Under the pieces are notes generated by a model that was given only the letters and a program-made list of their open reading frames with translations, made no database searches and was not told where the DNA came from. From the NCBI GenBank assembly GCA_005888755.1, contig VBBQ01000030.1, forward strand, positions 68,085 to 132,084: a DNA stretch of 64,000 nucleotides, given 5' to 3'. The stretch comes from Candidatus Bathyarchaeota archaeon. Its GTDB lineage: Archaea > Thermoproteota > Bathyarchaeia > 40CM-2-53-6. A program made the position numbers and the translations under genes. Below are positions 50,801-59,782 of this stretch, in pieces. Each line of letters starts with the position of its first letter. Within the stretch, counting starts at the first letter, position 1.

Positions 50801-50916
50801 TCGCGACAGTGGCCATATACCTTGGACATGGCATAACCACACCATACACACCACAAACGCTCACTCTAGTCGACCCGCAGACAGATCCATTCTTCTGCCC
50901 TGCCACAGGGTGCTAG
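47821..50916 (+). CDS. Secreted giant paralog B (1031 aa), same architecture
   Basis: TTG start 7 nt after the stop of A. Signal peptide ...PVRA. IWHLRNDWKFSDGNDVKATDVAYSI. VGPGPWSCIAPISGTG. ADHNNDGVVNILDLADVASHFG. Confidence 0.7.
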   Translation: MLRVLSLAVILSLSVLMLLPGTYAPVRALSQAFYRFSPFGPFTQQLIIHFYSDFDVMFSHFQQGEIDISDWQLQSQNAINTFCNNADFFCTLPQPELGYFGEQINNHPSFMGIPLRQNRTINPASFTSTSSATGCNTGFGSLIITLLNQETSTTVLDPLNTVTAANQPSGSPSVTSSDSGGTTPNGVYVVPCILAGNYALRSSVYNGTGSAGPVIVNIASATVTSGTFNVNWNSPSNVRPTQARALFGAAMAHLLDDPAFVRTELTGVAESPCSFWVPAQGGACPTGTTAEYLCQTAPTFCPTANPAGGLPTEVDIAECQFNNHPWLNVVGCSPDATGHDVGPYHISDSTVTVKTSFWNTGTPFLVTGYAGYAGHDDLRAACDDFLSMGLTLSPPTATCNDVANAASLNADPGAYAHFVPAGSGHILDFIRTSIGRQQSGQIIADTLNFLFGTPQNRDTQAGFVGTVCYLLCPQYTRHYCSFSFQCSPIVFEDTSLSGGSPDAWQLYTEGQGFDPTPDQFFINRNSVNTGQVCAGVPVFKPNNYEFWCDPQSDTWSSAGEFAPTATLSGQFFQRNILTELNNAVDIPGFSFVDTFVENNGWNFAQCNGVACLNSQSSIVNTVGFGTQAGGAYFSLLNARQVPGYNPCSVQGAPANCASYAPGGGNPNIIRRGFSQDTSNLSPFTFNSIWEGDVLSSIFDTMLQPNPNTGGGGAQYIDWGTTRHSSFFNPNEVGCNSIVGCATGVTTQIWHLRNDWKFSDGNDVKATDVAYSIIAYRDVPSSLLQSYVLNVVSATGLDCGPGQTCKTLQVKLQTQCQNPQFCSFSSPSLFDFNIGATQFVLEKSLWAPYCGDPPVPNGTCASPVFDPMYPSANSPGIEVGPGPWSCIAPISGTGVSAGHVGGPCAETAAGVLTGSAIITDGKILLSENTNFARCCPNGPSALTSSLYKISYADHNNDGVVNILDLADVASHFGTADPYWVNSNIGSGTTVGAEDLATVAIYLGHGITTPYTPQTLTLVDPQTDPFFCPATGC

Positions 50917-50996
50917 AGACAGACATGGACGCTCCTCGAATGCTGCTTCCGATACACCTATTGGCGCAACACCCGTTGAGGAGCTGAGAAGGTTCT

Positions 50997-53900
50997 TTGT
51001 TTAAGGTTCTCAGTCTTGCGGTAGTTCTCAGTCTGTCAGTTCTTATGGTGTTGCCGGGAACCTACACTCCGGTCCGCGCGGTCAACCAGAATGGCCCCAC
51101 TCGCTTTTCGCCTTTCGGTCCTTTCACACAACAGATGATCATCCATTTCTACTCAGACTTCGACCCTGCGCTCTCAGCCTTCCAGCAAGGGCAGATAGAC
51201 ATCAGCGATTGGACTCTTCAATCCACAAGCCAGATCAACACATTTTGTAGCAACCCGGACTTCTACTGCACTTCACCCACAGGTCCGGGCGGATATTTTG
51301 GTCTAATGATTAACAATCACCCTTCATTTATGGGGATTCCACTCCTGCAACCTAGAACAGTAGGTCCCGTCTCGTTCACAACAACCAACACCACGCCCGG
51401 TTGCAGCACAGGCTTCGGCTCCCTGCAAATTACTCTCCGGAATCAGGAGACCGCTGCGACCATACTAGATTTCCTAAACATCCTAACTGTGCGTAATCAG
51501 CCGAGCGGTTCGCCGTCAGTAATGGTCAGCGACTCAGGGGGGTCCAGTCCGAACGGGGTCTACAAGGTTCCATGTATGCTCGCCGGCTCGTACTCCATCA
51601 TGAGTAGTGTCTACAACGCAACAGGTATCATAGTAACAGTTGCGGGGAGCACTATTAAGTCAGGCATTTTGAACGTCAACTGGAACAGTCCCAGCAGTCT
51701 CAAGACGACCCAGGCTAGAACTCTTCTCGGTGCCGCGATCGCCCATCTTATTGACGATCCGGCGTGGGTCAGCGGTGCCTTTGGAAGTACCGCCCTGGCA
51801 CCCTGCGCCAATGGCATCACCTCTCAGGGGATTGCATGTCCAACGGGGACCTCGACAATGTACCAAGGCGGGTTGGGGACACCTCCTCCGGGCGGCCCTG
51901 CCTCCCAGATCGATTTGGCGGAATGCCAGTTCAACAATCATCCTTGGCTTAACGTGGCTGGCTGCTCGCCAGGCGCGACAGGCCACAATATTGGTCCGTA
52001 CAATATTGCCGATGACAAGATCAGTGTCAGTTCCGAGTTCTGGAATACTGGAACGAGCTATGGCGGTCAAGGCTACTCTGGCCACGATGACCTGCAGGCA
52101 GCATGCGACGACTTTGTCAGTATGGGTCTAACACTTTCGCCTTCGACCGCGACCTGTAACGATGTTGCGAACGCTGCTACCGGAACAATAGACCCTGGTG
52201 CATATCCTCACATTGTGCCGAACGGGCAGATCAAGACATACATCAGAGTCAACTTCGGTAGACAACAGTCCGGTCAGGTTATCGCTGACACTCTGAACTT
52301 TCTCTTCGGCACTCCCCAGAACAGGGCTTCTCAGACTGGTTTCGTCGGAACCGTCTGTTATGACGCTCGGACAACCCCATGCACACAGTTCACGCCCAAG
52401 TACTACACGTTCTCACAGGTGACGCCAATCGTGTTCGAGGATACCGTTGCTTCAGGCGGCAGTCCGGATGCATGGCAGTTGTATACGGGATCGCACAGCG
52501 TCGGTTTCTTTCCTGCCGAGCAGTACTTCGTCAACCATAACAGCATTGGAACTGGTGGGATCTGTGCCGGTCAATCTGTCATTCATCCAGAAAACCCCGA
52601 ATTCTGGTGCGATCCGGAGACGGACACTTTTGGGAGTGCAGGAGAGTTCGCTCCGACGCTTAACCTCTCAGAACAGTTCTTTCAAACCGAACTGGTTTAC
52701 GAACTCAACAGGGCGGTGGATGTCCCTGCCTTTACCTTCGTAAATGCGTTCGTCGAAAACAATGGATGGAACTTCCAACAATGCACAAGCCAGTGCGCAA
52801 ATACACAGTCCAGCATTGTTAACACTGAGATGCAGGGCACAATAGCTGGCGGAGCATATTTCACACTGCTAAACGCGCGTCAGGTGCCCGGATACGATCC
52901 GTGCGCCTTGCCAGGTGCTCCAGTCAACTGCTCATCCTACAAGCCCGGAGGAGGCAATCCGAACCTCATCCGCAGAGGATTCTCCCAGGACACCTCTAAC
53001 CTCAGCCCGTTCACTTTCAACAGTCCATGGGAGGGAGAGATTGTATCCTCGATTTTTGACACAATGCTTCAACCGAATCCCAATGTGAGCGGATCCTCGC
53101 AACTCTTTGACTGGGGCACGATCAGCCACAGTTCCAGTTTCAACCCTAACGAGGTTGGATGCAACTCGATCAACGGATGTGTAACAGGTGTCACGACGCA
53201 GATCTGGCGCCTAAGGAACGATTGGAAATTCTCGGACGGAAATGATGTCAAGGCTACAGATGTTGCGTACAGTATCATAGCCAACCGGGATGTGCCATCG
53301 TCACTATTGCAAGTCTATGTGATAAACGTGGTAAGTGCAGTCGGTCTTGACTGCGCACCCGGACAACCATGTAAGACATTGCAAGTAAAGATTCAAGGCC
53401 AGAGCGCGTTGAACGATTTCAGCATCGGAGCCACACAGCTTGTCATCGAAAAGTCGTTGTGGGCACCGTCTTGCGGTGATCCGCCGGTTGCAGGCGGAGT
53501 ATGCGCCAGTCCAACCTTCGATCCGATGTATCCATCTGGAAACGCGCCCGGCATCATGGTTGGACCCGGCCCGTGGGCCTGTATCTCTCCGATAGCTGGT
53601 ACAGGCGTACCCGCGGGCCACATCGGAGGTCCCTGCTCTAGGGACGCCAGTGGAAAGTTAGTTGGAAGCGCGATAACCCTTGATGGAACAGTCCTCTTGT
53701 CGGAAAATACTAACTTTGTGCGTTGCTGTCCGAATGGTCCATCAGCGACCTCTAGCTCTCTATACAAGGTCAGCTATGCTGACCACAACAATGATGGAGT
53801 GGTCAACATACTCGACCTGGCAGATATTGCCTCGCACTATGGGACAGCTGACCCGTACTGGGTCAATCCAAATATTGCGTCAGGCACAACAGTCGGAGCA

Positions 53901-54023
53901 ATAGACTTGGCAACAGTAGCAATATATTTCGGTCACGGCATAACCGCCCCGTACACGCCACGAACCCTTACTCAGGTCGACCCGCAGATAGATCCTTTCT
54001 TCTGTCCCGCTACGGGTTGCTAG
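50997..54023 (+). CDS. Secreted giant paralog C (1008 aa), same architecture
   Basis: TTG start. About 75% identity to B and D over long blocks. IWRLRNDWKFSDGNDVKATDVAYSI. ADHNNDGVVNILDLADIASHYG. Confidence 0.7.
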   Translation: MFKVLSLAVVLSLSVLMVLPGTYTPVRAVNQNGPTRFSPFGPFTQQMIIHFYSDFDPALSAFQQGQIDISDWTLQSTSQINTFCSNPDFYCTSPTGPGGYFGLMINNHPSFMGIPLLQPRTVGPVSFTTTNTTPGCSTGFGSLQITLRNQETAATILDFLNILTVRNQPSGSPSVMVSDSGGSSPNGVYKVPCMLAGSYSIMSSVYNATGIIVTVAGSTIKSGILNVNWNSPSSLKTTQARTLLGAAIAHLIDDPAWVSGAFGSTALAPCANGITSQGIACPTGTSTMYQGGLGTPPPGGPASQIDLAECQFNNHPWLNVAGCSPGATGHNIGPYNIADDKISVSSEFWNTGTSYGGQGYSGHDDLQAACDDFVSMGLTLSPSTATCNDVANAATGTIDPGAYPHIVPNGQIKTYIRVNFGRQQSGQVIADTLNFLFGTPQNRASQTGFVGTVCYDARTTPCTQFTPKYYTFSQVTPIVFEDTVASGGSPDAWQLYTGSHSVGFFPAEQYFVNHNSIGTGGICAGQSVIHPENPEFWCDPETDTFGSAGEFAPTLNLSEQFFQTELVYELNRAVDVPAFTFVNAFVENNGWNFQQCTSQCANTQSSIVNTEMQGTIAGGAYFTLLNARQVPGYDPCALPGAPVNCSSYKPGGGNPNLIRRGFSQDTSNLSPFTFNSPWEGEIVSSIFDTMLQPNPNVSGSSQLFDWGTISHSSSFNPNEVGCNSINGCVTGVTTQIWRLRNDWKFSDGNDVKATDVAYSIIANRDVPSSLLQVYVINVVSAVGLDCAPGQPCKTLQVKIQGQSALNDFSIGATQLVIEKSLWAPSCGDPPVAGGVCASPTFDPMYPSGNAPGIMVGPGPWACISPIAGTGVPAGHIGGPCSRDASGKLVGSAITLDGTVLLSENTNFVRCCPNGPSATSSSLYKVSYADHNNDGVVNILDLADIASHYGTADPYWVNPNIASGTTVGAIDLATVAIYFGHGITAPYTPRTLTQVDPQIDPFFCPATGC

Positions 54024-54106
54024 GGACAGATGTGGACATCTCTCGAACGCTCTTTTTTCAGATAGACTTATACCCTCGCGACTTGCTCGCCTCCTGAGAA
54101 GACTCT

Positions 54107-57100
54107 TTGTTCAGGGTTCTCAGTCTTGCGATAGTTCTCAGTCTGTCTGTTCTTATGGTGTTGCCGGGAACCTATACTCCGGTTCGCGCGATCAACCAGA
54201 CTAATCCCTTACGTTTTTCGCCCTTCGGGCCTTTCACGCAGCAGATGATCATTCATTTTTACTCAGACTTCACCGTGATGTTCCAGCATTTCCAGCTGGG
54301 AGAAATCGACATCAGTGACTGGCCTCTACAATCCAGTGCCGACATCAGCACTTTCTGCTCTAACGCTGACTTCTTCTGTACGAGCCCTCAACCTCAGCTC
54401 GGATATTTCGGGCAGGAACTCAATAGCCATACTCCGTTTATGGGAATCGCGCTGACACAAGCAAGGACTACCAGTCCACCCTCGTACACCACAACCTCTA
54501 CTGCAGCAGGCTGCAGCAGTGGTTTCGGCTCGTTGACCGTTACTGTACGGAATCAGGAGACCAGTTCGATCGTGTTAGACTCACTGAACGCTTTGACCGT
54601 CGCCAACCAACCGAGCGGGTCACCATCGGCAACCGTTAGCGACTCAGGAGGATCAACTCCAAACGGCGTGTACAACATTCCATGTATCCTCGCTGGGACC
54701 TACAGCCTTAGATCCAGCGTCTATAATGCCACCGGCACTACCGTGGCCATTGGTAGTGCAACGACTACCTCAGGCACTCTTAATGCCAACTGGAACAGTC
54801 CGAGTAATGTGAGGCCAACTAGGAACAGAGCGCTCCTCGGCGCTGCGATAGCTCACTTGCTTGATGACCCAGAGTTTGTTTCCAGCACTTTCGGTCCCGT
54901 AGCCTCCGCACCTTGCGCTTTCATGGTTCTCGCGCAAGGACAGGTCTGTCCAACCGGTACAACAAGTTCATACCAGTGCCTTCTCCCACCATTAGCTACT
55001 CCCGCACCCTGTCCAGCATTGAATCCTCTGGGCGGTGCCGCTACGCAGAATGATAATGCTGAATGCCAGTTTGGTAATCACCTCTGGCTGAATGTGATCG
55101 GATGCGCCTCAGGCGCGACCGGCCACGACCTCGGCCCCTACAACGTTGGTGACGACAGAGTGAACGTCAACGCTCGATTCTGGAACACCGGAGCTTTCGG
55201 CGTCGTCCAAGGTTATTCCGGCCACGACGACTTGCGAGCTGCGTGTGACGATCTCGTTTCAATGGGTCTCACGCTCTCGCCCTCAACCGCCACCTGTAAC
55301 GATGTGGCAAATGCGGCTGACCTGACCACGGACCCAGGCACATACGCGCACATCGTGCCTGCCGGGGATGGTCACATCAAATACTACATCAGGTCCAACT
55401 TTGGAAGACAACAGTTCGGCCAGGTCATCGCCGACACTTTGAACTACCTCTTTGGAACCCCTCAGAACAGAGCTGCTCAGACAGGTTTTGTCGGCACCGT
55501 CTGCTATGGTCAGTGTCCTCAGTACACTCCAAGGTACTACACCTTTACCCAGGTGCAGAGTTGCGTCTTTGCGGACACCCCGGCCTCCGGGGGCAGCCCA
55601 GATTGTTGGCAGCTATACACGGCGGGGCAGGGCTTCGACCCGACAGCAGACCAGTACTACCTGAACAGAAACAGCATTCAAACTGGCACCATCTGTGCCG
55701 GCGTGGCTGCGTTCAAGCCGAATAACTACGACTTCTGGTGCGATCCGCAGACAGACACTGACAGCAACGCGGGTGAGTTCTCCGCAACATTGGCTATCTC
55801 AGGGCAGTTCTTCCAGAGAGCGCTCCTCGATGAGCTCAACAACGCGGTTAGCATCCCAGGCTTCTCCTTCGTTGACACTTTCGCTGAGAACAACGGCTTC
55901 AACCTCCAACAATGCACCACACAGTGCTCACCCACTCAGTCGAGTATAGTCAATACCGTAGGCTTCGGCACGCTGGCGGGAAGTGCTTACTACACGTTGC
56001 TGAACGCTCGTCAGGTTCCGGGATATACGGCTCACGTCGCGGCGTACCAACCTATTCCCGGTTTGATTCGCAGAGGCTTCTCGCAGGACACTAGCAATCT
56101 CAGCCCGTTCACGTTCAACAGCGTATGGGAAGGTGATGTGCTCGCCGATATTTACGACACAATGCTCAGCCCTGATCCTAACACAAGTGGTGGGAACACC
56201 CAGTTCATCGATTGGGGAACAACCAGCCACAGTTCTCGCTTCAACGCCAACGAGCTTGGATGCAACTCTATCAACGGATGCTCTATCGGAGTCACTACAC
56301 AAATCTGGCACATACGCAACGACTGGAAGTTTTCCGACGGCAATGATGTCAAGGCTAGTGACGTAGCCTACAGTATTATAGCGTACCGAGACGTGCCATC
56401 TTCCTTGTTACAAGGCTACGTGGTAAACGTAGTCAGTGCTTTCGGTCTCGACTGCGGTGCCGGGCAACCATGCAAGACACTGCAGGTTAAACTGCAAGGC
56501 CAGAGCTCACTGTTCGAATACAACATCGGAGCCACTCAATACGTCCTTGAAAAGTCGTTGTGGGCACCGTACTGCGGAGACCCACCAATTCCAGGTGGGA
56601 CCTGTGCCAGCCCCTTGTTCGATCCCATGTATCCAAGCGCTAATAGTCCGGGTATTGAGGTAGGACCAGGTCCTTGGTCGTGCATTGCTCCGATATCTGG
56701 AACAGGCGTATCAGCAGGCCATGTTGGTGGTCCATGTGCTGAGACATCGACTGCCTTGACAGGGGGAGCAATAACGCGCGACGGCAGAATTCTCCTTCAG
56801 GCGAACACGTTCAACGCTCGATGTTGTCCAACCGGACCAACCTCTACCGGCAGCTCTCTGTACAGGATCAGCTATGCGGATCACAACAATGATGGTGTCG
56901 TCAACATACTAGACCTAGCTGATGTTGCCTCGCATTACGGAACTACTGACTCGTATTGGGTCAACCCGAACATTGCGACAGGCAGCACAGTCGGAGCTGT
57001 AGACCTGGCAACTGTAGCAATATACTTCGGACACGGCACAACCACGCCATTCGCTCCCGAAACGCTCTTTCAAGTCGACCCACAAGTCGACCCATTCTTC

Positions 57101-57121
57101 TGCCCAAGCAACGGCTGCTAA
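54107..57121 (+). CDS. Secreted giant paralog D (1004 aa), same architecture
   Basis: TTG start. IWHIRNDWKFSDGNDVKASDVAYSI. ADHNNDGVVNILDLADVASHYG. It lacks the Cys-containing loop that B and C have after GYNPCS/GYDPCA. Confidence 0.7.
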   Translation: MFRVLSLAIVLSLSVLMVLPGTYTPVRAINQTNPLRFSPFGPFTQQMIIHFYSDFTVMFQHFQLGEIDISDWPLQSSADISTFCSNADFFCTSPQPQLGYFGQELNSHTPFMGIALTQARTTSPPSYTTTSTAAGCSSGFGSLTVTVRNQETSSIVLDSLNALTVANQPSGSPSATVSDSGGSTPNGVYNIPCILAGTYSLRSSVYNATGTTVAIGSATTTSGTLNANWNSPSNVRPTRNRALLGAAIAHLLDDPEFVSSTFGPVASAPCAFMVLAQGQVCPTGTTSSYQCLLPPLATPAPCPALNPLGGAATQNDNAECQFGNHLWLNVIGCASGATGHDLGPYNVGDDRVNVNARFWNTGAFGVVQGYSGHDDLRAACDDLVSMGLTLSPSTATCNDVANAADLTTDPGTYAHIVPAGDGHIKYYIRSNFGRQQFGQVIADTLNYLFGTPQNRAAQTGFVGTVCYGQCPQYTPRYYTFTQVQSCVFADTPASGGSPDCWQLYTAGQGFDPTADQYYLNRNSIQTGTICAGVAAFKPNNYDFWCDPQTDTDSNAGEFSATLAISGQFFQRALLDELNNAVSIPGFSFVDTFAENNGFNLQQCTTQCSPTQSSIVNTVGFGTLAGSAYYTLLNARQVPGYTAHVAAYQPIPGLIRRGFSQDTSNLSPFTFNSVWEGDVLADIYDTMLSPDPNTSGGNTQFIDWGTTSHSSRFNANELGCNSINGCSIGVTTQIWHIRNDWKFSDGNDVKASDVAYSIIAYRDVPSSLLQGYVVNVVSAFGLDCGAGQPCKTLQVKLQGQSSLFEYNIGATQYVLEKSLWAPYCGDPPIPGGTCASPLFDPMYPSANSPGIEVGPGPWSCIAPISGTGVSAGHVGGPCAETSTALTGGAITRDGRILLQANTFNARCCPTGPTSTGSSLYRISYADHNNDGVVNILDLADVASHYGTTDSYWVNPNIATGSTVGAVDLATVAIYFGHGTTTPFAPETLFQVDPQVDPFFCPSNGC

Positions 57122-57270
57122 TGATTCCGGAAATCTTCCACTAGATTCCGCTCTTTCTTTCCCGGATAGACCGATCCGTATCACCTCTCCATGGCCCATG
57201 ATCCTATGCGAGGCTGAAACGCGACGTTTACAAGGCCTCGACGATCAACTGACGGATTCAGTGTTCCTGA

Positions 57271-58359
57271 ATGGGTCTTCCAGAGAAAATTAAGCAGATA
57301 GAGGAGGAGATGAAGAAGACCCAGATCAACAAGAAAACCGAACACCACGTCGGTCTCCTCAAAGCCAAGCTCGCACGGCTGCACGAGGAGCTGGAAAGCT
57401 CCACCTCCAAGGGTGGAGGCCCGGCTTTCGAGATCCGCAAAGGCGGCGATGCAACAGTCGTTCTCATCGGCCTGCCCAGTGTTGGCAAGTCGACTATTCT
57501 GAACCGGTTGACGAACGCCAAGTCGAAAGTTGCGGCCTATGCTTTCACAACTCTCACTGTTGTCCCGGGAATTCTGCGTCTCAACGGAGCGGACATCCAG
57601 ATCCTCGACCTTCCAGGAATAATCAGCGGCGCCTCCTCGGGACGAGGCAGAGGGAGGAGAGTTCTATCCGTTGCGCGAAACGCGGACCTCGTCCTGCTTG
57701 TCTTGGACGTGTTTCAGCCGGGACAGATACAAGTATTGAAGAATGAGCTTCACGGGATGGGGATTCGGATCGACCAGAAGCCCCCCGATGTGGTCATCAG
57801 CAGGGGCAGTAAGGGAGGGCTAGCTCTTACCACGAGCGTCAAGCTTACGAAACTAACCCCGGCAACTGTCAAGGGAATAGTCGAGGCCTACGGGATTAGT
57901 AATGGCGGCATTTTGGTACGCGAGGATGTCACTGACGAGCAATTGATCGACGTCTTGACCGGAAACCGGAGGTACGTTCCCTCTCTAGTCGTCCTAAACA
58001 AGGTAGACCTTGTGAACGAGCAATACCTCGCAGCGGCTAAGAAACAGATCGGAAGCGATTTCGTGCCAATATCCGCTGAGAAGGGATTGAACATGGACCT
58101 TCTCGCCGAGAGAATCTGGGAGACCCTCAATTTCATCCGAATCTATCTAAAGCGTCCTGATGGTGATGCGGATTTCGAGAAGCCACTAATTCTTCCAGCC
58201 GGCTCCACGTTAAGGGATGTCTGCAAGAAGATCTCTCCGCGATTTGTCGAGGGGGCCAAGTATGCGTTCGTTTCAGGGTCCAGCGTGAAATTTACTGGTC
58301 AGCGAGTAAGTCTCGATCATGTACCCGTAGACAAGGATGTCGTTACGATTATGCGATAG
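57271..58359 (+). CDS. DRG/Rbg1-family (Obg-class) GTPase with a C-terminal TGS domain
   Basis: The N-terminal helix is MGLPEKIKQIEEEMKKTQINKKTEHHVGLLKAKLARLHEEL. G1 is GLPSVGKST. G3 is DLPG. G4 is NKVD. The TGS tail is LKRPDG...VVTIM. This family is archaeal/eukaryotic. Confidence 0.9.
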   Translation: MGLPEKIKQIEEEMKKTQINKKTEHHVGLLKAKLARLHEELESSTSKGGGPAFEIRKGGDATVVLIGLPSVGKSTILNRLTNAKSKVAAYAFTTLTVVPGILRLNGADIQILDLPGIISGASSGRGRGRRVLSVARNADLVLLVLDVFQPGQIQVLKNELHGMGIRIDQKPPDVVISRGSKGGLALTTSVKLTKLTPATVKGIVEAYGISNGGILVREDVTDEQLIDVLTGNRRYVPSLVVLNKVDLVNEQYLAAAKKQIGSDFVPISAEKGLNMDLLAERIWETLNFIRIYLKRPDGDADFEKPLILPAGSTLRDVCKKISPRFVEGAKYAFVSGSSVKFTGQRVSLDHVPVDKDVVTIMR

Positions 58360-58372
58360 GATACCAGAGAAC

Positions 58373-59770
58373 TCAGTGGCCTAGATTGAATTCTTCATGA
58401 ATTGCTCTTACGGCCTCTGCGCCGTCGGTATGAGACACGACGAAGGATACGTTGTATTCTGAGGACCCTTGTGCTACCATACGAACATTCACTTTTCGTC
58501 TTGCGACTGCGGTGAATATTCTGGCGGCTACACCTGGTGTTCCTTTCATTCCTGATCCAACAACGGCGATGACGCAGGCATCTTTCTCTTCAGCTATTTT
58601 GTCGACGAATCCCTGGCCCATCAATGCAAGCTGAAGCGCTCTGACTGCGCGGTCGACTTCCTTGTTCGCAACAACGCAGGATATGGTTGCTTCAGAGGAA
58701 CCCTGTGATATCATCATCACGTTGACATTGTTTGAGCCGAGTGTCTGGAAAACCTTCGCGGCAACTCCGGGTGAGCCCATCATTCCAGTCCCGCTGACCG
58801 TAACGATGCCCACGTCCCTGATGAGCGAAACCGCTTTTACAACTTTCCCGCCATTGGGCAACTCGCTGGCTGAGACTAGGGTCCCGTTCACGCTGGGATG
58901 TGACGAGTTCTTGATCCGCACCGGGATTTTCTTCTGTGCTGCGGGCTGCAGAGCCCTTGGATGCATCATCTTGGCTCCAAAAAATGATAATTCTAACGCT
59001 TCGCCGAATGAGACGTTTGGAAGCAAGACCGCGTCTTTGACGATTCGAGGGTCTGCTGTCATCAATCCATCGACATCGGTCCAGATCCAGATTTCTTCCG
59101 CGGCTAACGCGGCCCCAAGCAGTGCCGCTGTGTAATCTGACCCTCCTCGTCCTAACGTCGTGATGCTGCCGTCAACCGTTGACGCTACGAATCCAGTTAC
59201 GATTGGAACTACCTTGCGATTCCACAACGGTTCCAACCGTTGACGGATCTGGTGGTAGCTGATCTCCACGAGGGGCTTTGCTTCGCCAAAATTATCATCG
59301 GTTGTAATGCCGGCTTCCGCCCCCGTGAACGGTCGAGTTCTCAAGCCAGTCGCAGTCGCAGTCTCGGCGAGAATAGGGGTGGAGAGTCTTTCGCCGAAGG
59401 AGAGGAGATAGTCTCTGCTCCGAGGTGTCAGTTCTCTTAGATGTGCAATTCCTTCGACGGTTCGTTCAAGCTCGGAGTTCAACTGTTCAATCCGCTCTAG
59501 GAGTTCCCTTGTCCCGGCTTTGCCCGCGATCAATGGGACTATCTTGCGATGTGAGGCCTGGACCTTTGAAAGGAGTTTCCTCGCTCTTTTCAGGTCTCCT
59601 TTCTTGGCGAGTTCACCGATCGCGGCAAGTTGGTCGGTTGTTTCTCCAATTGCAGATGCCACTGCGACGATCTTGTTCGATGCTGAGAATTTCTGGAGAA
59701 TTTTTGCAGCGTTTTTCATCTTTGAGGCTTGGGATAGAGAAGTTCCCCCGAATTTCATGACGAGTTTCAA
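58373..59770 (-). CDS. lysC: Aspartate kinase with C-terminal ACT domains
   Basis: KFGGTSL...TLGRGGSD... and two ACT repeats. Confidence 0.9.
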   Translation of the reverse strand: MKLVMKFGGTSLSQASKMKNAAKILQKFSASNKIVAVASAIGETTDQLAAIGELAKKGDLKRARKLLSKVQASHRKIVPLIAGKAGTRELLERIEQLNSELERTVEGIAHLRELTPRSRDYLLSFGERLSTPILAETATATGLRTRPFTGAEAGITTDDNFGEAKPLVEISYHQIRQRLEPLWNRKVVPIVTGFVASTVDGSITTLGRGGSDYTAALLGAALAAEEIWIWTDVDGLMTADPRIVKDAVLLPNVSFGEALELSFFGAKMMHPRALQPAAQKKIPVRIKNSSHPSVNGTLVSASELPNGGKVVKAVSLIRDVGIVTVSGTGMMGSPGVAAKVFQTLGSNNVNVMMISQGSSEATISCVVANKEVDRAVRALQLALMGQGFVDKIAEEKDACVIAVVGSGMKGTPGVAARIFTAVARRKVNVRMVAQGSSEYNVSFVVSHTDGAEAVRAIHEEFNLGH

Positions 59771-59782
59771 TCCGTTGTTCCT

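Larger units (their letters stand above)
44943..57121 (+). repeat. Head-to-tail tandem array of four paralogous ~3-kb genes, including a conserved ~25-nt element before each start
   Basis: Long near-identical nucleotide stretches recur (for example GGGGATTCCACT, ATCTGGCACTTACGGAACGACTGGAAGTTCTCGGACGG). Every gene boundary carries GGTTCTCAGTCT. Confidence 0.7.

Noticed and set aside
45287-56352. Numerous 60-140-aa ORFs on both strands inside the four giant secreted-protein genes.
   Set aside because: They are embedded in, or antisense to, the about 1000-aa conserved paralog frames. Their low-complexity composition points to shadow ORFs.
44943-57121. Tandem repeat structure, considered as a possible CRISPR or satellite.
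   Set aside because: The repeat unit is about 3 kb and protein-coding with a signal peptide. There are no short direct repeats with unique spacers and no cas genes.
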